64,000 nt of DNA from Gekko japonicus (taxonomy: Eukaryota). Location: contig NW_015165235.1 of NCBI RefSeq assembly GCF_001447785.1, positions 1,535,590 to 1,599,589 of the forward strand, read 5' to 3'. This document shows positions 1 through 11,679 of this stretch, piece after piece. The notes under the pieces were generated by a model. That model was not told where the DNA came from. It worked only from the letters and a program-made list of their open reading frames with translations, and searched no databases. The translations under genes were made by a program, and so were the position numbers. The stretch's first letter is position 1. Every line of letters starts with the position of its first letter.

Positions 1-3000
1 GCTACTGCTCAAGTTAAGGGCTTTTTGGCCAGTGGACAGTTTCTTAGAATGGAGATTTGGAGGAGATTTTTGTCGACCATCTTTAGAAAGTGTGCAAAAC
101 TCCTCCCAAAGGGCATAATTATCATGGTAAACCAACAGTGACTGCAAGGCTTGTATTTGGATTGATGTTGTTATTGTTTTAATAATTTTATTGTATTTTG
201 CCATGTAGCCTTTGTTAGCCCCCTGGAATCCTTTGAAAGGCAGTATAGCTGTATGGGTTAGTTAGCTCTTTTAAAAAAACATTCAGAACCAAGCACTCTG
301 AAAACCATCTTCATAAGACAAAAGGACAAGTTATTGTAAGAGCCAGTATGGTGTGGTGGTTAGCATGTTCAAATGGAGGGGAGGTTCAAATGGAGGGGAG
401 AATCACATATGCCAGTTTTAGATCAAAACCCCATGCACAGATATGCATGGATTGCAGGCACGTGCAAGAATCTTCACTTGGATAACACAGATTCGGCTTC
501 TTTTGCAGGAGGACAGGAGGCAGACTGAGTTAATTAGGGAGAGCTCAAAATGTTTGTAAAACAGCTGCAAAGACTGTTCCCTCTGGACAATGCTCTTCTT
601 CATGCCTTAAGGTGAGAAAAACACTCTTAACTTTTAAATTCACTATGAGTGTTTCTCCAATGGATCTAGATTGGCAATAATTATAACACATTTCAACAAT
701 TCTAACAGAATCCCCAACCTGGCCTGGGGGTACCTGTACTAAGTGACCTAGTGGCTAAAGAAAGTGTTGGCACAATAGAATTGTTTCTCTTGAAAAGCAG
801 AGGCCCAAGCCACAACCAGGAAGCTTTTTCTATTTTGCTTGTACAAGTGACACAGCTATTTGACATGTCAGAGTAGGATTTTTAACCTTCCCACATGCAC
901 TTTTGGAACATAAACTAAACCTTTGTGAACCTGCAGACAAATCAAAATAGACATCCCAGTTAAGTTATTTACTAGTATGCTACAATATTAAGTCTGGAAC
1001 ATAATTTATCAAATTAACAGGAATTTAGCAGATTAAAGGAAGGGGCTGAAATCCGAAGAAGTCATAGTAAAACAGCTACACAACCAGAAACAGTAAGAGC
1101 TATGGATAAAACTAGGCTTAAGATATCAAACCCTTTGGAAAGAGATGCTGATGGCAAGAGAGAATGAAACATTATGAATGCACACAATATGGCCTTTATA
1201 AGTACAGATGCCCCAATGACAATGTATGTTCTGTTATGGGCTAAAGAAAGCACAGTGTATAAAATTTATACAGACTGTAATTAGAGATGGAAATTTAGCA
1301 TTGTGCATCTTTTATCTCCAATACAAACTGGGAATGTATACATCCAATAAGATACCACTTTTACTTTAGAAAATAAATTGTAATCGCATATGTGAGAGAA
1401 TTACCCCCTTCCGCCACTGCCAATCTACAAAGAAGACAACATTAAAAATAAGTGGTTCCTTTCCATCTACCAAGCATTAGTCTTTCCCATTAAAATGTGC
1501 ATAGATGGCAAAGGGTGCTTAGCTAATTCGTTTAACGAATTCTAGTTTTGGGATTGCTATATTAAATTTCTCTACTCATTACCCTCCCAGACCCATGGAT
1601 GGGAAGGGTAAAACTGAACTACTACAAGTCACATGTCTACAGGCCAAGAAAACAGGAGGGAATCTTCATATTCAGAGACAGCAGACCACTGAAAACCAGA
1701 TGCTGGAACCAAACAGTGGGAGAGACATGCTTATGGGCTTTTTAGGCTGCGTTCAGACGTCATGTTGTCAACATTCAGCACGAATCCAGTTTGCTGCTGG
1801 GATCACACACCTTACTTCGGTTTCCTTACCCTTCTTTCTCACCCAGAGTACAATGAAGGGAACCTGGTTTTAAACAACAACATATGAATGCAAGTTAGCT
1901 CTCCCCCCTGCTTCCCTGAAAGCCAGAATTTGAAACCATTGTTGAATCCAAGTTCAGAGGAGAAAACTAGCTACAGTTAGCCTGAGATCCTGCACTCACA
2001 ACTCACAGGTAATCAGATTTTCTTTTAAATCAGAATTCCTCCATCTTGGAAGGGAGCAAGAGTGAGGGATGTATGCAAGTCTGTGCATGCACCTGGCTTG
2101 TTGCCAGTGTCCTCTTAATGTTATGTCTGAATGTAATCTTGGAGGTACCCACCTGGGCAGTACTGGGAACAAGTGGCTTGACTAACTGATTTGTGATCTT
2201 ATGTTAAAAACTGGGGCCACCAGAATCTATAGCACGATATTTTAACACACACCCCATGCCACTAGATATTTTCCTTAAACTGCCACTATAGGTTTAAGGA
2301 TTTACTACAAGAAGTATTTTCAAGATCTAGCAGATGAAATTTCAAATCTACTGCCAGCGACAGAATTCCTCCCTGTTTAGAGGCACAGTAACTATGCTAA
2401 CAAGAGTACAAGTTCTATTTTATATTTTAAAAAATCAGTTAGGCTAGCACTTTTAAAAATGTTACACTATAAGTATGCGCAAAAGTTAGTCTGTTGTTTT
2501 GAAACAGGCTGTTTACACATAGTTTAACACATGGGTCTCTAAACAGATTTGTCTCAGTTCTTCAGCTGCAAAAAATCCAGCTCCCTGTCTTAAGCAGGAG
2601 CATTCCTGTGTCCAGTTATGCCCAATAGGTGGGTCAGGCTGCCAGCAGCGCCCATTCTTCCTCACCCATGCCACACCAAGACCTGAAGAATCTGTAATCA
2701 ATAAAGCACTGACTGTATTATTCCCTCTCCCGTGAGTCTGCACTGTCTTCTCCCTTCCCGTCTGCCTGGCCCAGTCATAAGAAGCAAAATTCATAACTAA
2801 GCATCATGCTTGGAGAGTATAGATCCAAATATCTTCATTTAAATAGCCAGTATATTAAGTGAAATAAAAGACAGATGCAAATCTACTTAGATTCACTAAC
2901 TAATCGTTGCTCATGGCATACATTTCAGGTATGCCACACTAAAAGAAGAGCATTGCCTTGTTAAAATTCAAATCCCAAGTACTTCCCCAGCTTCATCACC

Positions 3001-3882
3001 CATGGAATAAATTTACATAACAGATGAAATAGTTGCGTGAACTAAGGGTGTTTGTATGCCTAATTTTTTTTAAAAAAACAGTTTGCTGAAATTATGAAAA
3101 ACGTTGCTATAAAAGTAACAGAACTTTAAAAACTAAGAGCAGCATAGCACCTCTCAAGTCACAGAAATAAGAATGTAAAAAATCCTACAATACAAGTTTA
3201 ACTACCATTAATTTTAAACTTATCTACATGATCAAGAGGATGACTCATGATTTAAATGCTGGGACCAACAATTACAAGGGCAAGCCAAAGAACTTGTCAC
3301 CGGGTAAGAGAAAACCAATTACACCTTCCTACATGCCAGCAATTTGCTTACAAAAGAAGACTTTGAGTTAAAAAGAACACCAATCACAAAAAAGCACAGA
3401 TATTGCCGAACATCTCTAAAACCCTGCTAGCAATTAGGTGTGCGCTAATTCAAATCCAATATAGCACTATTGGGGGGAGGGGGCAGGAAATAACCACTGC
3501 ACAGGAATTTGCAACAGTAGCTCAAAATCCTACAATAATATATATATCTCAATTGATTCTTTCCTTTTAACTCTCGTTTGAGAAATATTGCTGTTACAGT
3601 TAAATTCCTTAACCAGAAGCCATTATGCCTCTTCATTTAAAAAAAAAATAACCAAGTGAGAATGAAATCCTTTTGGGGTTATATTTACAGTTTATAACCA
3701 CAGGTTATCACACTGTAAAATAAAATTATAAATGCTCTATTGCAATGCACAAATAAGACAATCATTTGGAGAGGGTAAATAAAATACTTTAATCTAGTGG
3801 GCAGGCAAGAGTTCAATCAGGTGATTTTCACTATGGAAAGTGGCAACTGACTGGGCACATTTGCATCAAATTTCATAAACTG

Positions 3883-4517
3883 TAAGAACATAAGAACATA
3901 AGAGATGCCAATGTTGGATCAGGCCAAAGGCCCATCCAGTCCAACACTCTGTGTCACACAGTGGCCAGAAATACCAGTGCCATCAGGAGGTCCACCAGTG
4001 GGGCCAGGACATTAGAAGCCCTCCCACTGTTGACCCCCCCAAGCACCAAGATGACAGAGCATCACTTGCCCCAGAGTCCCTATCTATACCTTGTGGCTAA
4101 TAGCCACTGACGGACCTCTGCTCCATATGCTTATCTAATTCCCTTTTGAAGCCGTCTATGCTTGTAGCCGCCACCACTTCCTGTGGCAGTGAATTCCAAG
4201 TGTTAATCACTCTTTGGGTGAAGAAGTACTTCCTTTTATCCGTTCTAACCCGACCGCTCAGCCATTTCATTGAGTGCCCATGAGTTCTTGTATTGTGAGA
4301 AGGGAGAAAAGTACCTCTTTCTCTACCTGCTCTTTCCCATGCATAATCTTATAAACCTCAATCATGTCACCCCTCAGTCGTCGTTTCTCCAAGCTAAAGA
4401 GCCCTAAGCGCCTTAATCTTTCCTCATAGGGAAAGTGTTCCAACCCTTTTATCATTCGAGTTGCCCCTTTCTGCACTTTTTCCAAAGCTATAATATCCTT
4501 TTTAAGGTGTGGTGACA
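3883..4517 (-). mobile_element. CR1 LINE 3' fragment, same young family as 20973-22911
   Basis: Encodes PHLKKDIIALEKVQK...; (taagaaca)n tail; closely similar to the reverse complement of 22281-22911. Confidence 0.92.
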
Positions 4518-4740
4518 TTTAATGATGTTCTATAGGCAGCATATATACCTTGCAATAGGCAGCATTAACAAAATCTAAAAACTCAGAAAAAGACTCCAAA
4601 CTTAAACAGAATCCTTTGTTCCAACAAACGAAAACAATACTGTCGCTATCAGTCTCCAGGTTAACTTAAGTACTAGGCCTGAGCTTTCCAACTAGTGGCT
4701 TAAATAGCAGCTGTCCCATGCTAGGCCCAATCGATTAGAA

Positions 4741-5059
4741 CAGTGGTGGCAAACCTATGGCACGGGTGCCAGAGGTGGCACTCAGAGCCCTCTCTGTGGG
4801 TACATGTGCCATCGCCCCAGCCAGGCCCAGACCATCATTAAAGTGTCAAATTCTCTGCCAAATAATTTTAAGTAAATGAAAGCATTTGGGATTGCTTTCC
4901 TTACTTTGTTTGGATCATCTTAAGTTAATGTATGAGTTGTTTTTTCTAAAGTAAAACCTCAGTATTCACATTAAATTGCCGTGTTGGCACTTTGCGATAA
5001 ATAAGTGGGTTTGGGATTGCAGTTTGGGCACTCGGTCTCTAAAAGCTTCGCCATCACTG
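4741..5059 (+). mobile_element. hAT MITE (TIR CAGTGGTGGCAAACCT...AGCTTCGCCATCACTG), copy 1
   Basis: Perfect 8-bp TSD GATTAGAA (4733-4740 and 5060-5067). Confidence 0.92.
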
Positions 5060-5459
5060 GATTAGAAGAACCTAAAAACAATTCAGCTAACTTCCTTCAG
5101 AAGGGAATCCACTCGATTAGCCAACCACAGGCACAGGTAGTTAGTTCCTTGTCTTCTGATGCAAATAAGCACATGCAACAACACTGTGAAACTCCCTCTG
5201 CAGAGAAGCAATACACACAGGGCTTTTATTTATTTATTTTTAACACTGTTTCACTGCAAAAAAAGATTAATTTATTCTCGCATAAATTCTCCCGGGTCAT
5301 AGAACTCACTTGGTCAGATACATGAAGCGGGCTCTACATCGGAAAAGTGCAAGTCAATGACCTGATTCGTCTTTATGGTGCCACACAAGACTCTTAGTTA
5401 CTTTGAAGGCAACAGACCAACACGGCTACGTCTCCGGAATTAGTTTCCAAACAGGCATT

Positions 5460-6800
5460 TTTACTCACGCGGCGCGCACGACCCAGTAGGCGACCTGCGG
5501 GGCCCCTTTATTGCGGTGCTAAGGTGAACAAGAGAAGAGCTGGATGAGACGCTCTCCACTCTAGCAAAGTGTGCCAGACTTTTATTCTGTCTGTTAAAGA
5601 AACGGGGCGTCCCGGACGCGCGTCTCTGGAGCAAGAAGGGAAGAGGCCACACGGCTGAGACGCTTCTCCCCCCACACGGGCTGGTGCGTGACTGGGGCGG
5701 TGGTCCTCCCTGTCCGTACTTGGAGTAGCAGAAACCCCCCCTGAACAGAGAGGGACGTACTCCGGGCTGTGATCCCCCCTGTTGGGCGACCAGCAAGTCC
5801 TCACAGGCGGATCCTAAAAAAAAAACCTAGAAGCGTCGAAGGCGAGCGGCCCCCCCTTCTGTAACTATTTCTCCACACGCCATCAATAAGGGGTGTGTAG
5901 TGGAGGGAAGGCGGGAGAAGACCCACCGTCTGCAGGCGGTGCCGCTCCATCTGAATGGGAGCCTAAGTGCTCCGAGTAGTTACCTGACACCACAAACCAC
6001 CGTGACTGACACCCGACACGACAGCCAAAACTCAGGGACGCTTCTGACCCAGCAACCTGAGGCTTCGGAAGCAGCAGAAGAGACCCACTGACGGAGGACT
6101 CCCACCGCGAAGAAAAGGCGCTTATCTGCTTTCCGTCCGGCGCCTCCTTTCGCATCCCCAAACTGGCAAAAACACCGGGGAAGGAAAGTTTCTGACGTGA
6201 GGCTCTCGACGCCGGCTTTGCCCCCGGGGTGGGGGGCAAGACCCGCTTAATTCCACCCCCCACGAGACGTCCTGCCCCCGAGCCCGGGGGGGGGGAGGGG
6301 GTGTGCGTGCCGTGCTTACTGAGAGGCAGAAGAAGCGCGCCTTCGCCCGGCTCCGCTTCCAGGTCCGCGGCCCGTCGCTCTCGCTCCTTCGGAAGCTCCG
6401 CCGCCGTCCGCCAGCCTCTCTGCTGCCCCGCCCGCGCACACGCCAGCCCCCAAACAGCGAGGAGGACGGGCCTCGGCTACGTTCCGCCCCACTCGTTTCC
6501 AGTCGCCGGAGCCAAAAGGCGGAGCCGCCGCCATCTTGGGGGAAGCGGGCGCCGCGGCCTTTTTCGGAGTCGGGCCGCGCAGTGAATGGTCTGAAAGTGA
6601 GAAGATGCGGGGCTGAGAGCGGTCTGCAAGCCCTTCCTTTGCTGAGCCTCCGTTCCCTGAACGAGGGGCGACGGGTGCGGTTGTGGTCATAGCCGCTTTG
6701 GGACTTATTTCGAAGCACTCTTGCCTCGTCCGGAGATTTTCGACAAGTACCGTCGCTGCTTGAAGTGCAGTCGGCAAAGTCTTTTCTGCTGTGGCCCCAA
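5460..6800 (-). promoter_or_regulatory. PLEKHF2: CpG-island promoter of a minus-strand gene, probably PLEKHF2
   Basis: Dense CpG/GC-rich island with GC boxes and a YY1-type motif (AAGATGGCGGC on minus, ~6527-6537). Gene identity rests on synteny only: in human, PLEKHF2 follows NDUFAF6 on the same strand and has a non-coding exon 1. No PLEKHF2 coding sequence is in the window. Confidence 0.65.
6320..6560 (-). other. PLEKHF2: Putative first exon (5' UTR) ending at a GTAAGC donor; TSS position approximate
   Basis: Minus strand reads ...CTGCCTCTCA|GTAAGC, with the intron starting at 6319, inside the CpG island and downstream of the YY1 motif. Confidence 0.55.
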
Positions 6801-7230
6801 ACCTGTGGAAGGACGTGGGTCTGCTATTTTTTATGTATGGGTCTGTGCTTTTAAATTATTTTTATCACTTTGGTCTACCGGAGTCAGGAGCCACGGAAGA
6901 ACGGTGTTAAGGAGGTGTAGTGGGCTGCCATGGTATTTTGTAGTGACATCCCTAGCACTTTAAGAGTATGGGTTGAAATGACCTTTTCAAATATTTGTTG
7001 TGGTCTGCATGATTAGAGAAAGCCACAGATCTTGATGGGGCAAATTAATGTAAAGATTCTCCCCAAGCATAAGCATCTTGTCTATTTACACTTGTGTTCC
7101 ACTCTTGCTCAGAGGAGTTCACAGAATCATACCTGTTCCAATGCTCCCTCTAAGCTGTGGAATCTTCTGAGCAAAAATTCTACTTTGAGAGCTACTGGCA
7201 TTAAAGCTGTGAGCAAGCGATTTGGCTACT

Positions 7231-7600
7231 GTGCCCCCCGTCACACGGGCGGGATATCGCGGGGAGGAGGCGTGGCTAATTGCTCCGGCGCAGTTTGATC
7301 CGCTATTACGCAATCAGATGCGCGGCCGGCACACCACGGGTCCTTCCCTTGACGCCGGCGGGTAAACGAGGGACCGGAGGGGGATGCCACGCGCCGGTGC
7401 AATCACACCACGGGCATCTGGAGGCAGCCCGTGGCAAACATTTACTAGTACCTTGGAGGTACTAGCTTTTGAACGCGCACTGTCGGCGGTAAGCCACGGG
7501 TGCGCTCCACTTCCCAGATGTTGGGGTGTGATCACGCCCGGATAATCCGTCCACCATCCGTGCCTCTCCCACGGCAACTTTGCTGTGTGACCGAGGCCAC
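7231..7600. mobile_element. CpG-rich MITE-like insertion with imperfect TIRs
   Basis: Ends gtgccccccgtcacacg / ctgtgtgaccgaggccac are imperfect inverted repeats. The segment is absent from sibling copies of the host MITE. No clear TSD. Confidence 0.55.
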
Positions 7601-7702
7601 CATAAATTAATTTGCTCTGGAGCCATCCTTCCTGAGTTAAGACAAAATTGTGTGAGCGAGAGGCTAAAAAACTGAGCTAGCTCACACTAACTCAGCTTAG
7701 AG

Positions 7703-8021
7703 CAGTGGTGGCGAACCTATGGCACAGGTGCCAGAGGTGGCACTCAGAGCCCTCTCTGTAGGCACACGTGCCATCGCCCCAGCCAGGCCCAGACAATCAT
7801 TAAAGTGTCGAATTCTCTGCCAAATAATTTTAAGTAAATGAAAGCATTTGGGATTGCTTTCCTTACTTTGTTTGGATCATCTTAACTTAATGTATGGGAT
7901 GTTTTTTCTAAAGTAAAACCTCAGTATTCACGTTAAATTGCCGTGTTGGCACTTTGCGATAAATAAGTGGGTTTTGGGTTGGATTTTGGGCACTCGGTCT
8001 CTAAAAGCTTTGCCATCACTG
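7703..8021 (+). mobile_element. hAT MITE, copy 2 (near-identical to 4741-5059), nested in another MITE
   Basis: Perfect 8-bp TSD GCTTAGAG (7695-7702 and 8022-8029). Confidence 0.92.
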
Positions 8022-10577
8022 GCTTAGAGGGAACACTGCCTGGTTCTCTCTCCACTTTATCCTCACAGGCTGAGAATGTGCAATTGACAAAATATCACCC
8101 AGGGAGCAACATGGTCATCTTGAGACTTCAACCTAGGTCCTCAGTGCCAAAACCACCACACTCTGCTGGTTCTTACATGCGTGACAGAGCCATACGTGTG
8201 TCTGAAAACGTAATTCATCCCACCTGTTTCTCTAGGAGTCAGGATTGTAAGAACCAGACAAACTGCACACATCTGTCCAAGACACTCACAACCTCCCATT
8301 GGCAGGTGAGCTTTGGAGATCTGGGGCTGGGTACCCATTACGCAGTTACCAAAATGGTAAAAACTGAACTGAGTACACTAGAGATAAAGCTGAGGCCAGA
8401 CAGTAGGATGGGAGAGTTCACAGTTTTTATGGTTCAGAGAGTATATCTGCTAGGAAGACTTGACTGCCTTACACAAACTGATCCCATCCTGTATCATTTT
8501 TTTAAATAAAACTTTAAATTTCTGGAATAGGCAACTTGCACACTTAAACTCTAGATAGTTGCTGGACAGTAAGCAAAACACAGGTTGACAGAATCTTAGG
8601 GGTGTGCATGAAAGATCCGTATTTGAAGTGCAAAGGGAGCCACTGAATAAAGTGTATAACTTCAAGACAAAAGCAAGGCTGCCTTGTCTGTGGCATACTA
8701 CCAGTGTGCATGCACACAAGCATATATACAAAGGTCAACACCATGGCAACAGACATGCATTTCTCTTTATTCCCTTTCTTAGCCTGCAGCTTAGGTTGCT
8801 ACACAGTGCGGAAATGGAGGCATCTTTATTGGGGAACATTATATATGTTTAGTTGTCTAGCCAAAAGGGGAGAAAAGGAGACTCAATCCTTAAAAAAACA
8901 CTACACAAATAATCCTATTTGTTTCTTAAAGCATTTTAGACTATCACACTTAATGTGTTGCAAGTATTACCAGCTCTTCTTCAAAAGTAAATAATTGGCT
9001 GCCTTTCATGTTCTCAATGACAAGTAACTTTCTGCAACCCTAGCCTTTGGCTGTGGTGCAAGCTACCATTTTAAAATAAACATTCAAAATATACAACTAA
9101 AAATAAAGACTGTGGTTGAAATCCCATGCACGTTTATCTGTGACATAGGCCCGTTGAAGAATTTTGTGGGACTTACTTCTGAGTCAGCGTGTGTAGGATT
9201 GGGCTGTAAATAAAAAAAAATGTTGAAACATCACACCCAACCCAAAACTTAAGTCTGGCCACCAAATTAGTAATAAGCTTTGTTTGATTTAGCTTGTTTT
9301 CTGATGCAAGTTGCAAGCAGCAGAAAGTAAGTGATGCAACAAGATAAAATTAGCTGGGAACAATGAGGAATCTGCTGCATAGCAGCAAATAGATATTTTT
9401 CTGAACAAAAATTAAAAGAAACAGCATGAATGCAAAAAGAGGCAGACATCAAAAGACATTTGTGTATCAGTCAAACCCACCACACAAGATGTAACTTAAG
9501 TGATCATTCTGATATAGAATGAGAGATTAATAGGTAAGGAACTCAAGAATTGCTGTTCTAGTTATCATGAGGTGAAATGCTTATTTTTTAATTTTTTTCA
9601 CACTTAGAAGACATAGGAAGAACAGTGACTGTGTTAGTTTATAGAAGACAAATAGAAGCATCCTTTGAGGGAGAATAACATGAAAACTTAAAACTGCTAG
9701 GAAAATATGTTTGTGAAATCATTTTCGCTTGAGCCATTCCCCCCTCCCTGAAGTTTATTTACCTCATATATACTCTGCCTTTCTCCCTAGTGGGGACCCA
9801 AGATGGCTACATCGTTCTCCTCTCCTCCATTGTATCCTCATAAGAACCCTGTGATGTAGGCTAGGCTGCAATGGACTCAAGGTGGCCTTCTGAATCCCAG
9901 CCATTAGTTTGGGGCCTGCCAGGGGCTTGAAAGATCCCATTTTTACATTCCCAGGTGGTAGTAAACTACGTACATGTCTGATGACTCATCCTCCTTTATT
10001 GATTAACTCCCAGTCAGTGTGATTGGCTCCAGTGGGGTGCGGAGCCTTGGCCTAAGCTATTTATTTAGGGCTCCTACATGCAGGCCCCACTCCAGTGCTA
10101 AAGTGTCCCAGATCCAGGAACAAGGGAATAAATAGGTGAGTTTAGCAGACGAGCAAAGAGAGGGTGAGTAACACATATATACACATACACACACCCCTTA
10201 AGTTTTCATATAAAACTATCAAGAATGGCTAAGTGAAAAGTGTTAAAAATAGTAAGGAGGGTAAATAGAACAAAAAATACCTTTAGGTACCAACATTTTG
10301 GAACTTCTCAGTGTTGTAGCTGCTCAGACTACTCAGGTGTGGCTAATTTTAGCTCTAATTTTAGTTCTGCTCTAGTTCTAATTTTACTTCTGTTGTAGCT
10401 GCTCAAACTACCTAGGTGCAGTTAATTTTTATTCTAAACAGGCTCTGAGGTTCTTGGCTAGTTTTACTGCAGTACCAGAAGGGTTCAATAGAGGGTCAAA
10501 CAAAGGACAATGACTAAAACTGAGTTTACAAAGCTAGTTTAAGCTGTAATATCACTTTTAAACTTTATTACACCTAA

Positions 10578-11679
10578 CTTCAGTGTGGTGTAAACCAGAG
10601 AGGGACTGTGAGGCACTCCAGAGGGATCTGTTGAAGCTGGGTGAATGGGCGCCAACAAGGGTGTAGACTTTCCAATTTCCCGGGGGGGGCTGGGGCTGGG
10701 CCAGAGGCATTGCTGTGCTAGGAGCAAGGGTGGCTCCCGGGGGAGGCTGAGCACTTTCCTGAAAATTTTGGCGGGGGCTGAAGCCCCGCCGCCCCCACGA
10801 AGATTACGCCTATGGGCGCCAACATGGCAAATGAGGTTCATTGAGGGCAAGTGCAAAGTAATGCACATTGGAGCCAAAAATACTAACTATAAATATACAT
10901 TGATGTGATGGTAACTGACCAGGAGAGAGATCTTGGAGTTAAGGTAGATAACTCACTGAAGATGTTGACTCAGTGTGTGACTGCAATAAAAAAGGGAAAT
11001 GCTATGCTGGGGATTATTAGGAAGGGGATTGAAAGCAAACAGCCAGTATCATAATGTCCCTGTATAAATCTATGGTGCGGCTTCATTTGGAATACTGTGG
11101 ACAATTCTCATCATGGTACCTCAAAAAAGATATTATAGCATTGGAAAAAGTACAGAAAAGGGCAACTAAAACGATTAAAGGAATAGAACATCTTCCCTGT
11201 GAAGAGGTTAGGGCTCTTTAAGCCTGGAGAAATGACAACTGAGGGGTGACATGATATAAGCTTACAAAATTATGCATGGAATAGAGAATACAATACAAGA
11301 ACTCGTAGGCACTTAATGAAATTAATGAGCAGTAGGCTTAGAACAGATAAAAGGAAGTACTTCTTCACCCAATGTGTAATTAACGGGGGAATAGGAAGTG
11401 GTGGCAGCTACAAGTATAGACCGCTTCAAGACGGGATTAGATAAACATACAGAGCAGAGGTCCATGAGTGGCCATCAGCCACAAGGTCTAGATGGAACAC
11501 TGTGTCTGGGGCAGTGATGCTCTGTATTCTTGGTGGCAACAGTGGAAGGGCTTCTGGAGTTCTGGCAGCACTGGTGGACCACCTAATGGCACCTAGGTTT
11601 TGGCCACTGTGTGACACAGAGTGTTGGGCTGGATGGGCCTTTGGCCTGATCCAACATTGCTTTTTTTAATGTTCTTATG
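10578..11679 (+). mobile_element. Older, degraded CR1 fragment carrying a nested MITE
   Basis: Collinear with 21900-22910 (KCKVMHIGAKN...; 3' UTR), with frameshifts. Confidence 0.88.
10656..10814. mobile_element. hAT-type MITE nested in CR1
   Basis: 8-bp TSD GGCGCCAA (10648-10655 and 10815-10822), imperfect TIRs, and the CR1 sequence resumes exactly after it. Confidence 0.75.

Larger units (their letters stand above)
7139..8038 (-). mobile_element. hAT MITE of the CAGTGTTCCCTCTAAGC family carrying two nested insertions
   Basis: Matches the uninterrupted copy at 29413-29618 once ~7231-7600 and 7703-8029 are removed. Confidence 0.8.

Noticed and set aside
5461-6963. Many overlapping 100-200 aa ORFs on both strands
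   Set aside because: These are the stop-poor frames expected in a GC-rich CpG island. They are Arg/Pro/Gly/Ala-rich with no recognisable domains.
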